This document shows positions 19,101 to 28,162 of a stretch of DNA of 29,496 bases, piece by piece. The notes under the pieces were generated by a model. It saw nothing but the letters and a program-made list of their open reading frames with translations. It was not told the origin of the DNA and ran no database searches. The DNA is taken from assembly GCA_050293845.1 (NCBI GenBank), contig JBNKNM010000023.1, forward strand, positions 15,893-45,388. Reading direction: 5' to 3'. A program made the position numbers and the translations under genes. Origin of the DNA: Pseudobacteriovorax sp. Lineage in GTDB: Bacteria > Bdellovibrionota_B > Oligoflexia > Oligoflexales > Oligoflexaceae. Within the stretch, counting starts at the first letter, position 1. The number at the start of each line of letters is the position of its first letter.

Positions 19101-22100
19101 CTTGCTTGCCATCCAAGAAATGCAGATGCAGAATGCGGCTCTCCATAAGCAGTTTTTAGAAAATCAATCCGAGTCGCAAAAAATATTCTACGAAGTATTG
19201 AAGCTATATCAAAGTAATGTTGGACCGACAGTGCCAAGTGCGAAGGAGTCATTAGCTACTGATATTCCCATGCCAACCACCTCAGGGAGTCAAGTGTCTC
19301 CCCTGGAAGAGCAGCTTCCAGCTGTTGAGAAAATGGCTGTTGATGATAGTCGGATCATGGAATCTAAACATCCTGAACCGGCCGTCTCGGCCGCCTCAGA
19401 ATCTTCTTCTCCTGTAAAAGCAGCTCATAGTCAGGTTGATCAAACTGAGGAGCAGGTTATTGGGATTATAGCTTCCTGTACTGGTTATCCTGAGGAGTCC
19501 CTTAATCCTGGAATGGATCTTGAGGAAGACTTGGGAATTGACTCCATAAAACGCGTAGAAATCTTTTCGAAGCTGCAGGAAGTCTTTCCTCGATTAGGAG
19601 ACATTCCGGTTGAGGAAATTAACGAACTTTCTAAAGTCAGCGAGATTATTGCGGCATCGACATCAGTGGCGCCCTCTTTCGACACCGATGCGTTACAAGC
19701 CGCACCTGCACCAGAGCAAAAGAATCATCAGTCCGACATTGACTTTGAGCAGAAGGAAGCTAAAGTACTTCAAGTTATTTCTGAAAAAACGGGGTATCCT
19801 CTTACGTCCTTGAACAGTGCGATGAATCTAGAAGAAGATTTAGGTATCGACTCAATAAAGCGAGTTGAGATTATCTCTCACTTACAAGAAATGTTCCCAT
19901 CACTGGCGCAGCTTTCCGCCGAAGACCTAGCTGAAATAGCTACTATTAACGAACTGATTTTTTCCCTCGAAGGTGCCGACGATGATCATGGACAACAGGG
20001 AGAATCGGCCTCAGGTGAGGAGGCACACCCAGCGGCTTCTGACACCAATGATCAGGATATTCTATCGCAGGTACTGGAGACCATTAGCGTAAAAACAGGA
20101 TATCCCCTGCAAAGTCTTCATGCCGATATGTCTTTGGAAGAGGATCTGGGTATAGACTCCATTAAGAGAGTCGAGATTCTATCCAGTTTGGGAGAAAGCT
20201 ATATCCAAATTTCCCAGGCAGCTCAGGAAGATTTGGCCGAAATTGATACTGTAGCGCAGTTAGTCGCATTTATTCAGGGAAAATCTTCTGCCAATGATGC
20301 CATGCCTGAAGAAAGTATAATGGAGCAAGGGGTGAGTGATGCTTTGGCTCCGGTATTGCTGGATCCTGAGCAGCTTACTTTGGAAGGTAGGGACGAACAG
20401 GCAGATCAGCCTGCCCAAGAGCTGGGTATTGTTCTGGACAAAGAAGTTCTATTTGTGGAAAACACTGACACTTTAGAACTTGTACCCTTAGAGCTTCCTG
20501 AATCAGCTCGCATTTGGGTGAGTGACGATGGCAGTAATCTCGCACGAAATATAGTCCTGAAACTGCGTGAACGAGGATTTAAGCCTAAATTGGTTTCGAT
20601 ATCTTTTGTGGAGCGTATGGAAGCTCCTGAAAGTCTCGATGGGCTGATTATTTTAGGGCCTTTAAAGTTGGAAGGAAACCCTTCCCGTTTCTTACAAAAC
20701 TGTTTTAAGCTGGTACGTTTATGTGCTCCCGCTTTAAAACCTTCCACTCCAAAACTATTTGCCACTATTAGCCGTAACGAGGGCATGTTCGGCCTGTCTG
20801 GAGTCGATAGCTTGTCCCAGGTTTTTTCAGGCGCTCTGGCAGGACTTTCTAAAACAGCCCGAGAAGAATGGCCCCATGTGCGCTGTCTGCACCTTGACTT
20901 GGGTAGAGATTTTGCTGACGGTTTCGAAGCCGCAACGCGTCTTATTGATTCGTGTTTGAGTTATGCCATTGCCGAGATTGGGGTCCATAGTCATCATTAT
21001 TCGGTGCTCCGGTTGGCTCAGGATTCAACCCTTAGTGTTAACAAGCCAAAACTTAACGAAAATGATGTCTTATTGATCACTGGGGGAGGTAGAGGTGTTA
21101 CAGCAGCGGTCGCCATGGCTGTTGCTCAGACGTTTAAGTGTAAGCTTCTGATCTGGGGGCGTACCGATATTGAGGAGCCTTTACCCAGTTTTGTTACCGG
21201 GGAAGAATCCGATAGTGAACTTAAGAAGAAAATTCTCGATAACGGGCTTGCCAGCAATCCTAAAGAAATTCAGGAGAGTTTTAACAAAATTCGTCGTCAA
21301 CAAGAGTGCTTGCAAAACATTAAAGCCATTAAGGCAATCAATCCTGAATTGACCTATAAAAAGGTAGATTGTTCTAGCGAGCCTGATATCAGAAGAAATA
21401 TAGAGAATTGTGAAGCAGAGTTAGGCACTATTACAGGAGTTATACATGGCGCGGGGGTACTCGCAGATAAGCTAATCGAAGAAGTCGCTGATGACGACTT
21501 TGCACAAGTTATCGATACTAAGGTGAGAATCTTGCCAATCCTGGAAAAAAAGCTGAATCATTTGAAGTTACTCTGCATGTTTTCTTCTTCAACAGCCAGG
21601 TTTGGACGAAAAGGGCAAGTGGCCTATGCTATTGCTAATGAAGCATTGAACAAGTTTGTTCAACTAACTAGGAGACATCATAGTGAGTGTCTGGCTCTGT
21701 CATTTAATTGGGGGCCTTGGGATGGGGGCATGGTGAATGCTGGGTTGAAGAAGATTTTTTCCGAAGAAGGCCTCGGTACGATTCCTCTGGGAGAGGGGGC
21801 TAAATTTTTTGTTGACGAATTATTTGATGGCCGCCATTCAGAAATTGTCCTTATAGCAAAACCCCTTAAAGAAATTGAGGAGCAGCATAACCTTATAACT
21901 TTGGATAGTTGGCCCATTTTGAAGTCCCATGTTATTAAAAGCAAAGGAGTCGTTCCCGCCGTGCTCCTGATAGAACATATGATAGCTGCTGCTAAGGCTT
22001 TTGCCGAAGACGATTTTCTTGGATTTCAAAATTTTAAAGTCCTTAAAGGTATAACGGTTGGTGCGAGTGATTCGTTTCAATTTCGTGTTGACTGCAAGGT

Positions 22101-22734
22101 GACTGAAGGACTCGATACGGTAAAATTCGTCGATACAGTATTCCTATCTTTGCGACAGGGAGAAGATAAATGGTTCCCAATAGCATCCTTGACAGCAGTT
22201 ATTGGTTCACGGCAAGGTTTGATCGTTCCCGACTCTGATATTTTTATAGCCAGTGCAGAAGAGATTCCAGAGTTTAGTGACATCTATGATAGCCATTTAT
22301 TCCATGGTGAAGATTTGCAAGGTATTACTGGAATCAGAGGGTTATCATCGGAGGGAGTTTCCGGTACTACGTTAGCAGCACCTAAACCGGAGTACTGGTT
22401 TAAAGAATCGTATCTAGGATCTTGGTATACTGATCCTCTGGCTTTGGATGTGGCGTTCCAGCTTGCGGTGATCTGGAGTGAGCGTATGCTTGGTAACAAG
22501 TCGCTACCCATAGGTATAAAAGAATACCGTCAATTTCAACAGTTCCCTCAGGAAGGGTGCGAGATTCGCATCAGAATTTGCAGCCGTACCAGCCATCAAT
22601 TTAGTGCCAATATCGAGTTTGTGAAGGACGAACAAGTGATTGCGGAAATATCGGGCTACGAGGCGGTTATGGACGAATCTTTAGCAGGGTCGTTTCAATT
22701 GAATGAAATTTTAGAGCCGGAGAGCTTAGTTTAG
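16120..22734 (+). CDS. pfaA: Iterative type I PKS / PUFA synthase PfaA: KS-MAT-ACPx3-KR-DH
   Basis: KS: DAACASS, HGTGT, GHTK. MAT: GHSFG, AAFHS. Three LEEDLGIDSIKRVEI ACP motifs. KR: TGGGRGVT, HGAGVLADK, YAIAN. C-terminal PKS-type DH: HVIKSKGVVP, LDVAFQ. Confidence 0.95.
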   Translation: MELINEPIAVVGISCLFPECGNIQEYWSTIVQGKDHIKEIPLTHWNIEDYYHEDPKAKDKTYAKTGAFLKPYPFNPLEYGITPSSLEATDTTQLLGMVVSKKALEDAGYGEQAHFDRDRVSCILGVTGTLEMVIPLGARLGHPAWRKSLQRAGLPEDLIEDIVEDVGHSFVGWQEASFPGLLGNVVAGRIANRLNLGGTNSVVDAACASSLSAIRTAVMELQTHRADMVVTGGMDTFNDIFMYMCFSKTPALSPTGSAKPFDSTGDGTVLGEGLGAVILKRLSDAEKDGNRIYGVIRSIGSSSDGKGKAIYAPSAKGQVKALKAAYQEAAVSPSTIELIECHGTGTRVGDGIELEALNQVYREAHSEGQWCTLGSVKSQIGHTKAAAGVAGFIKAILALYHKVLPPTIKVQQPHSQLEGSPFIIRDESCPWPPSVAHPRRAAVSAFGFGGSNFHAVLEEYQSEKTLIDWPADGYLLLASACTTKDLQGVLENILQQWPQEPDPMFLRDQRTKIDEKDSVRLALFSTNWVQIKAALERASLDLKSGKKPQQGAATVSLFFKERKEAGKVAVLFSGQGSQYPNMLGPALSQLPATQKFLDLGRAAVGDELYHVIFPGQLFTQEDRKRAAAQLAKTSLAQPAIGVVSAAIWNQLKKLGVESEMYAGHSFGELTACFAAGCCNEQTYLQLAHLRGQLMEKVDGELGGMTVLSGTYKQARALLDEGDWELVIANHNAPQQVVISGLKRDLEAFEKLARLKNMPTKRLVVGAAFHSPVMANVVRPFYDQLREYDIGSPQYSVYSNVSGKPYDLNPEALRKGLSEQLAREVKFVDQIKQMYDDGARTFIEIGPSAILANLVKQILPQQNIDVFSFDDKKQSTYLFDQMLAKLFVAGCSINWNRYREDWQAAVETRPAYTIPISGANYRNPDHYQSKLSGKKPQFVNPASQVSPPKKIEGARVMEKRHPEKAPLSTTSSRDKMGSSQVHQTVPSGGSPLEKHLLAIQEMQMQNAALHKQFLENQSESQKIFYEVLKLYQSNVGPTVPSAKESLATDIPMPTTSGSQVSPLEEQLPAVEKMAVDDSRIMESKHPEPAVSAASESSSPVKAAHSQVDQTEEQVIGIIASCTGYPEESLNPGMDLEEDLGIDSIKRVEIFSKLQEVFPRLGDIPVEEINELSKVSEIIAASTSVAPSFDTDALQAAPAPEQKNHQSDIDFEQKEAKVLQVISEKTGYPLTSLNSAMNLEEDLGIDSIKRVEIISHLQEMFPSLAQLSAEDLAEIATINELIFSLEGADDDHGQQGESASGEEAHPAASDTNDQDILSQVLETISVKTGYPLQSLHADMSLEEDLGIDSIKRVEILSSLGESYIQISQAAQEDLAEIDTVAQLVAFIQGKSSANDAMPEESIMEQGVSDALAPVLLDPEQLTLEGRDEQADQPAQELGIVLDKEVLFVENTDTLELVPLELPESARIWVSDDGSNLARNIVLKLRERGFKPKLVSISFVERMEAPESLDGLIILGPLKLEGNPSRFLQNCFKLVRLCAPALKPSTPKLFATISRNEGMFGLSGVDSLSQVFSGALAGLSKTAREEWPHVRCLHLDLGRDFADGFEAATRLIDSCLSYAIAEIGVHSHHYSVLRLAQDSTLSVNKPKLNENDVLLITGGGRGVTAAVAMAVAQTFKCKLLIWGRTDIEEPLPSFVTGEESDSELKKKILDNGLASNPKEIQESFNKIRRQQECLQNIKAIKAINPELTYKKVDCSSEPDIRRNIENCEAELGTITGVIHGAGVLADKLIEEVADDDFAQVIDTKVRILPILEKKLNHLKLLCMFSSSTARFGRKGQVAYAIANEALNKFVQLTRRHHSECLALSFNWGPWDGGMVNAGLKKIFSEEGLGTIPLGEGAKFFVDELFDGRHSEIVLIAKPLKEIEEQHNLITLDSWPILKSHVIKSKGVVPAVLLIEHMIAAAKAFAEDDFLGFQNFKVLKGITVGASDSFQFRVDCKVTEGLDTVKFVDTVFLSLRQGEDKWFPIASLTAVIGSRQGLIVPDSDIFIASAEEIPEFSDIYDSHLFHGEDLQGITGIRGLSSEGVSGTTLAAPKPEYWFKESYLGSWYTDPLALDVAFQLAVIWSERMLGNKSLPIGIKEYRQFQQFPQEGCEIRIRICSRTSHQFSANIEFVKDEQVIAEISGYEAVMDESLAGSFQLNEILEPESLV
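19519..20178 (+). repeat. Three tandem ACP domains within pfaA
   Basis: LEEDLGIDSIKRVEI encoded at 19519-19563, 19828-19872 and 20134-20178, spaced about 306-309 bp apart. Confidence 0.9.
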
Positions 22735-22742
22735 GAGCGTCC

Positions 22743-25700
22743 ATGGAAATTGCTGTGGTTGGGATGGGAGCGGTGCTTCCAGGCTGTGATTCCCTTGAAG
22801 AATTTTGGCAGTCCGTATTAGAGGCAAGAGACTTGCAACAAAGTGTCCCTGGGGGGCGCTGGAGTCGGGCATCCTCTACATTTATTGCTCATGGAGACAC
22901 CAAAGATCGTGTGTTTCATGACAAGGGGTATTTTTGTAAAGATATCCCCAAAGCCCCAACGGGACTGGAAGTGTCTCAGGAGCTTTGGGAGCAGCTAGAT
23001 CCCGTCTTTCATTTAGCATTAAAAGCAGGACGAGATGCCTTTTATGATGGTAAATGGCGGGCGGTAGATCGCCAAAAAATGGGAGTCATTCTCGGAAATA
23101 TAGCATTACCGACTGAGGGATCTGCAAACTTTGTAAGGCACTACTTTGATTTGTCCATAAGGGAAGGTCTAGACTTACCTCTAGAAGTTTCAAAGCAAGA
23201 AGCCCCCCAAAACTACTTTACAACAAGTCTTCCTGCTAACTTACTTGCTACAGCCTTGGGTTTAGGTCTCGAAAGTTTTACGCTTGATGCAGCTTGTGCC
23301 TCTTCACTTTATGCTCTTAAATATGCCTGTGATCGGCTGGAAAGTGGTGAAGCAGATGCCATGCTAGCTGGTGGTATATGTCGATCTGATTCACTTTATA
23401 CCCAGATGGGCTTTACGCAGCTCAAAGCCCTTTCCTCCTCAGGTGTATGCCGCCCCTTTGATAGCAGGGGAGATGGTCTTATGGTGGGGGAGGGTGGAGC
23501 TATATTTTTTCTTAAACGTCTTCAAGATGCTCGTGAACAAGGTGATAGGATTTATGGAGTCATAAGGGGTGCTGGGATAGCCAATGATATGTCCGGTAAA
23601 TTGATGGCACCGAGTTCCCAAGAGCAGCTGAGAGCTATTTCTGGTGCATACCAGCAGTGCGGATGGAAGTCAGAGGATGTTGACTACATAGAATGTCATG
23701 CCACAGGTACTCCCTTGGGCGATAAAGTGGAGCTGGAAACCCTACGTCTCCTATTAGGAGAAAGGCAGAATCCCTGTGTGATTAGCTCAATAAAAGGCAA
23801 TATAGGTCACTTGCTAACGGCCGCTGGTGCGACCGGCTTAGTAAGATTGCTACTAGCCATGAAACATCAGCAGCTTCCCCCTAGCTGTAATTATACACGG
23901 CCCCTGGAAGGTGATGCTGACCGGCCGTATAAAATTTTGAAAAATCCAGAACACTGGCAAAAAAAGCATGGTGTTACGCGTAAAGCTGGTATATCTGGTT
24001 TTGGCTTTGGTGGAGTGAATGCGCACTTACTTATTGAAGAGTATACGGCCAATCATGACAACCATGCCGAAGCAGTCACTCCACATCAATTGCGACCTGT
24101 TGCCATTGTTGGTATCGATCGCTCGACCCCCAGTTCAAGTCCCGGCCAATCGATGTCATGCTTCGGGTTTAATCATCAGAGTTGGTTTAAAAAACTTGGC
24201 TTCACTGTTGATAGCGAGCAGTTTGACAATATTGAGATCCCCTTTGGACTGTTGAAAATTCCTCCTAAAGAAATTGAAGCGATGCTACCTCAGCAGCTTG
24301 AAGCTATGATTTCAACAAAAACCATGTTGAAGGGCATGGAAGGTCTTAAGTTTTCGGGTGAGAGGACAGGCGTCTATGTAGGTCTTGAATTGGATGGTAT
24401 GGTCAATAGCTATCGATCTCGTTGGGATCGGGAGGCAACCATCGAAGAAATTATTGATCGGGCAAACCTCAGCCTCAGTCAAGACGAAAAAGAGCAGCTG
24501 AGCGAGCAGCTTAAGGATGCAACCTTCCCATATCTCACTGCCGATGGCGTTATGGGTTCCCTTGCTAGCATTATTGCATCAAGGATTGCCAAGGAGCTGA
24601 AGTCGGGAGGACCAGCTATTACCATTTCAAATTTGGAAAACTCAGGTTTGTCAGCACTAAAGCTGGCTATTGATGCTATCCAAAGACAGGAACTGGATAC
24701 AGCGGTTGTTTCAGCCGTAGATATGGCTGGTGGTGTGTTCTGTCGATTGGCCACTCAATCTTTGTGGAGTTCTTGGGAAGGCCATAAGGAACTTACTTTT
24801 GTCGATAGTGCGGTTACCATAGCCCTGCAGGACTGGGAGTTAGCAAAGCGCAGCGGAGCAAAAATATACGGTCGCATTGATGGAGTCAGTGGAAGAATTG
24901 ATGACGATGATTCCTACTTGCCACCTCGTTCCATTCTCTCCCTTGCACAAAGTAAAGGGCATGGTAACGTTACCCATCAGACCTTTGACTATAGAAGTGT
25001 TCATCATATTAGTCCTCAGCTGTTAGGTGGCTGGGAAGATGTCGCTATAGAAAGTCACAGCAGCGAATATTACGGTGCGGCAACCGGTCTGATGCGTTTT
25101 GTAGAAGCACTACACGATTATGATGTAACGCCAAACCTTTCAGCAAAACCATTTCTCTACGGATTCCATGCCACTAATAGGTGCACCCATTGGCTTGTGG
25201 GAGAACCACAGTCCATTACGGCGGAACCCATCAAGGAAGAACTTCTACCACAAAATTCAAAGCAACGGATTAAAATTCCGAATTTGGCTAAAGAGTCACG
25301 TTTAGACTCCATAAAGGCTTTGTCTGTGTTTCGCAACAGGCAAGGAGGGCGCAAACGTAATCATTCTACAGACCGTTCACATCCTTCAGCAGCACCGATG
25401 CAGCAGCATGAGGCGACTCCTTTCCCCAGAAATGACGCCTTCTGGAATCACTTGCTCGAACAGATGGCTAATACCGAATTAAGCAATCAAGAAGCCCAAA
25501 AAGTTTTTGCTGATACGGCGAAAAAAGCCATGGAATACTCTATGAAAATTGCCGAGGATATTGGCAATAGACGGGGAGCTAGTAGTTTAGGTTTATTTAT
25601 GCCTGCTTGGAGCCCTCAGCAAGACGTAAGTCAAGAAGCGACACCCGCAGAAGTTATCAAGTACATCCCGATGAATCAGGAACCAGCACTTTTTGATTAT

Positions 25701-27959
25701 GAGGCTTGCGAAGAGTTTGCGGCAGGAAAAATTGGCAATGTCTTTGGTGATGATTTTGCCCAAATCGATCGCTATCCTACGCGAGTGCGATTACCGACAG
25801 ATCGACTGCTGTTGTGCCACAGGGTGATGTTAATGAAAGGGGAAAAAAAATCCCTTAAAGCAGGCAGCATGATCACCGAGCATGACATCAATAGCGATTC
25901 TTGGTATTTGGATCAGGGAAAAATCCCTACATCGATTGCCATTGAAGCCGGACAAGCTGACCTGATGCTTTCGGCATGGTTAGGGGCCGATGATCACACC
26001 AGAGGACTCGCTCGATACCGGCTTTTGGATGCACAGGTAACATTTTTCGATGTTTTACCATCTGCGGGTCAGTTTATCCGATATGAAATACATATCGATC
26101 ATTTTTTCCGACGCGGCGATACTCTTTTGTTCCGCTTTGGCTTTGATGCATATGTGAAAGATCGGCCCTTAATGTCAATGGTAGATGGCTGTGCCGGTTT
26201 TTTCACTAATGAAGAGCTGAACCAAGGGAAAGGTATTATTAAGAACGAGGCGAGCCCAAAATCTAAGGGAAATTATACTGGTGGCTATTACCCCCTATTC
26301 ACCAGTCATGGTGAAAGCTATAGCGAAAAACAGCTAGATTTTTTGCGTGCAGGTCAATTAACAAAGTGCTTTGGCCCTCAGTTCAATCAACTTGCGGTCA
26401 AAACTCCTTTGGGGATTCCAGGAGGTGATTTGCGTCTGGTGCACCGTATCCAAAGTATTGATACCTTTGGCGGGCGCTATGGAGTTGGTTTGGTTATTGG
26501 TGAGGCTGATATTAATCCTGATGATTGGTTTTTAACTTGTCACTTCATTGATGACCCCGTGATGCCAGGAACTTTGATGTACGAGTGCTGTCTGCATACG
26601 TTAAGGGTTTTTCTGCTTCGCCATGGCTGGGTGGGAGATGCTCATCAAGTGTGCTGTGAGCCTGTAGCCCATCAGCCATCTCGGCTTAAGTGCCGCGGCC
26701 AGGTTCTTCCTAGCTCACGAAAAGTTTCCTACGAACTGCATATTAAAGAAATGGGTTATGGCCCCTTTGCTTATGTTCTCGTCGATGCTTACATGTATTG
26801 CGATGATAAGTGTATTGTTGATATTGAAAATATGACACTGCAGCTTACAGGACTTACCAAGGATGCGGTGGAAAAAAGTTGGGTTGGTCAAAGTGAAAAA
26901 CCGCTTTTTCCTAATCCTGCCATTGTCGAGTTCGCATCTGGAAGGCCATCTCAAGCTTTTGGAGATCCCTATAAACCGTTTGATTCCGGACGACGGATGG
27001 CCCGACTCCCTAGAGGCAAGTTACAATTAGTTTCGCAGATCATAAGCTCCACAGCAGAACCATTTCAACTTGCTGAGGGCACGAGCGCAATAGGGGAGTA
27101 TGAAAATACAGCCACGACCTGGTTTTATATGGCTGACCCATCGCATTATATTCCTTTTAGTGTATTGCTGGAGATTGCGCTCCAGCCCTGTGGCTGGCTA
27201 GCAGCGTTTATGGGATCGGCATTAACAAGCAAGCAGGATCTTTTTTTCAGGAATCTTCAGGGAAAGGCACAATATATAAGGAAGGTCGGTCGAAAAAGTG
27301 GCTGTCTGACTATTGAGGTTGCCACTAGAAAAATTGCTAAATCAGCTGATATGATCATTCAAGAATATGCATTTATCGTTAAAGATAAAAAGGGGCCAGT
27401 ATATAAGGGCGAAACTGCCTTTGGTTTTTTTACAGAAAGTGCTCTCAGCCAGCAGCAAGGTTTAAAGAATATCGAAAGTTATGGCGTTTTGGGAGACAAA
27501 AAAGCCACTATGAGTTTACCCCTATCAGCCGGTTTTCCAGGCTACCCCCTTCTTATGGTGGATGAGGTTGAGCCGGTTAACTGGAGTGCAGGAAAATACG
27601 GTTTAGGGCGTGTGATTGGTTATAAGTATATCAAAAAAGAAGATTGGTATTTTCACGACCACTTTTACCAAGACCCTGTAATGCCGGGATCATTAGGTCT
27701 GGAAGCTATGGTTCAGTTAGGAAAATATGCTGCCTCCCAGAATTGGTCAACAAGTGAATGTTTTTCTCTAGAAGAAGAGCATAGTCATTCATGGATTTAT
27801 AGGGGACAGGTCCTGCCTCACAATCAGCAACTTTGCATTGATCTGCATATTAGACACATTGATAATGAAATGAAAAGGCTATCCTTTGATGCATTGCTGT
27901 ATTGTGATGGATTATTGATCTATAGGGCTGAGGAGATTTGTCTCAGAGTGGAAGTTTGA
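22743..27959 (+). CDS. pfaC: PUFA synthase PfaC-type subunit: KS-CLF-(DH'-DH)x2, no AT domain
   Basis: Active KS (DAACASS, HATGT, GHLL) and a degenerate second KS/CLF lacking the catalytic Cys. FabA-type DH motifs WFLTCHFIDDPVMPG and WYFHDHFYQDPVMPG, each preceded by a pseudo-DH. AGGAG RBS overlapping the pfaA stop. Confidence 0.92.
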   Translation: MEIAVVGMGAVLPGCDSLEEFWQSVLEARDLQQSVPGGRWSRASSTFIAHGDTKDRVFHDKGYFCKDIPKAPTGLEVSQELWEQLDPVFHLALKAGRDAFYDGKWRAVDRQKMGVILGNIALPTEGSANFVRHYFDLSIREGLDLPLEVSKQEAPQNYFTTSLPANLLATALGLGLESFTLDAACASSLYALKYACDRLESGEADAMLAGGICRSDSLYTQMGFTQLKALSSSGVCRPFDSRGDGLMVGEGGAIFFLKRLQDAREQGDRIYGVIRGAGIANDMSGKLMAPSSQEQLRAISGAYQQCGWKSEDVDYIECHATGTPLGDKVELETLRLLLGERQNPCVISSIKGNIGHLLTAAGATGLVRLLLAMKHQQLPPSCNYTRPLEGDADRPYKILKNPEHWQKKHGVTRKAGISGFGFGGVNAHLLIEEYTANHDNHAEAVTPHQLRPVAIVGIDRSTPSSSPGQSMSCFGFNHQSWFKKLGFTVDSEQFDNIEIPFGLLKIPPKEIEAMLPQQLEAMISTKTMLKGMEGLKFSGERTGVYVGLELDGMVNSYRSRWDREATIEEIIDRANLSLSQDEKEQLSEQLKDATFPYLTADGVMGSLASIIASRIAKELKSGGPAITISNLENSGLSALKLAIDAIQRQELDTAVVSAVDMAGGVFCRLATQSLWSSWEGHKELTFVDSAVTIALQDWELAKRSGAKIYGRIDGVSGRIDDDDSYLPPRSILSLAQSKGHGNVTHQTFDYRSVHHISPQLLGGWEDVAIESHSSEYYGAATGLMRFVEALHDYDVTPNLSAKPFLYGFHATNRCTHWLVGEPQSITAEPIKEELLPQNSKQRIKIPNLAKESRLDSIKALSVFRNRQGGRKRNHSTDRSHPSAAPMQQHEATPFPRNDAFWNHLLEQMANTELSNQEAQKVFADTAKKAMEYSMKIAEDIGNRRGASSLGLFMPAWSPQQDVSQEATPAEVIKYIPMNQEPALFDYEACEEFAAGKIGNVFGDDFAQIDRYPTRVRLPTDRLLLCHRVMLMKGEKKSLKAGSMITEHDINSDSWYLDQGKIPTSIAIEAGQADLMLSAWLGADDHTRGLARYRLLDAQVTFFDVLPSAGQFIRYEIHIDHFFRRGDTLLFRFGFDAYVKDRPLMSMVDGCAGFFTNEELNQGKGIIKNEASPKSKGNYTGGYYPLFTSHGESYSEKQLDFLRAGQLTKCFGPQFNQLAVKTPLGIPGGDLRLVHRIQSIDTFGGRYGVGLVIGEADINPDDWFLTCHFIDDPVMPGTLMYECCLHTLRVFLLRHGWVGDAHQVCCEPVAHQPSRLKCRGQVLPSSRKVSYELHIKEMGYGPFAYVLVDAYMYCDDKCIVDIENMTLQLTGLTKDAVEKSWVGQSEKPLFPNPAIVEFASGRPSQAFGDPYKPFDSGRRMARLPRGKLQLVSQIISSTAEPFQLAEGTSAIGEYENTATTWFYMADPSHYIPFSVLLEIALQPCGWLAAFMGSALTSKQDLFFRNLQGKAQYIRKVGRKSGCLTIEVATRKIAKSADMIIQEYAFIVKDKKGPVYKGETAFGFFTESALSQQQGLKNIESYGVLGDKKATMSLPLSAGFPGYPLLMVDEVEPVNWSAGKYGLGRVIGYKYIKKEDWYFHDHFYQDPVMPGSLGLEAMVQLGKYAASQNWSTSECFSLEEEHSHSWIYRGQVLPHNQQLCIDLHIRHIDNEMKRLSFDALLYCDGLLIYRAEEICLRVEV

Positions 27960-28162
27960 ACGAAGTGCTTGTGCAATCTCGATTCTTTGAAGGATTTTTG
28001 CATATAATTCACTTCCATGAACTCTTACCGTTCATGGAGCTTCCTCCATCCGCGCCAAATGTTGATCATATCCTGTGGGGGAGAGAAGCTTTAACTTTTA
28101 AATATCATAGAAATTTGTCTATCCTTGCTAGAGCTAGTTGCCCATAATTCCAATAATTTTAA

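Noticed and set aside
15093..26954. Numerous 60-126-aa ORFs nested in pfaD, pfaA and pfaC
   Set aside because: Antisense or off-frame shadows of long conserved coding sequences.
28014..28038. 9-bp hairpin TCCATGAAC-N7-GTTCATGGA downstream of pfaC
   Set aside because: No U-tract on either strand, so not called a terminator; it could still be a 3' stabilising stem.
27938..28147. 69-aa + strand ORF after pfaC (possible pfaE or thioesterase remnant)
   Set aside because: No PPTase or hot-dog motifs; overlaps the pfaC stop; fragments in other frames were also unrecognisable.
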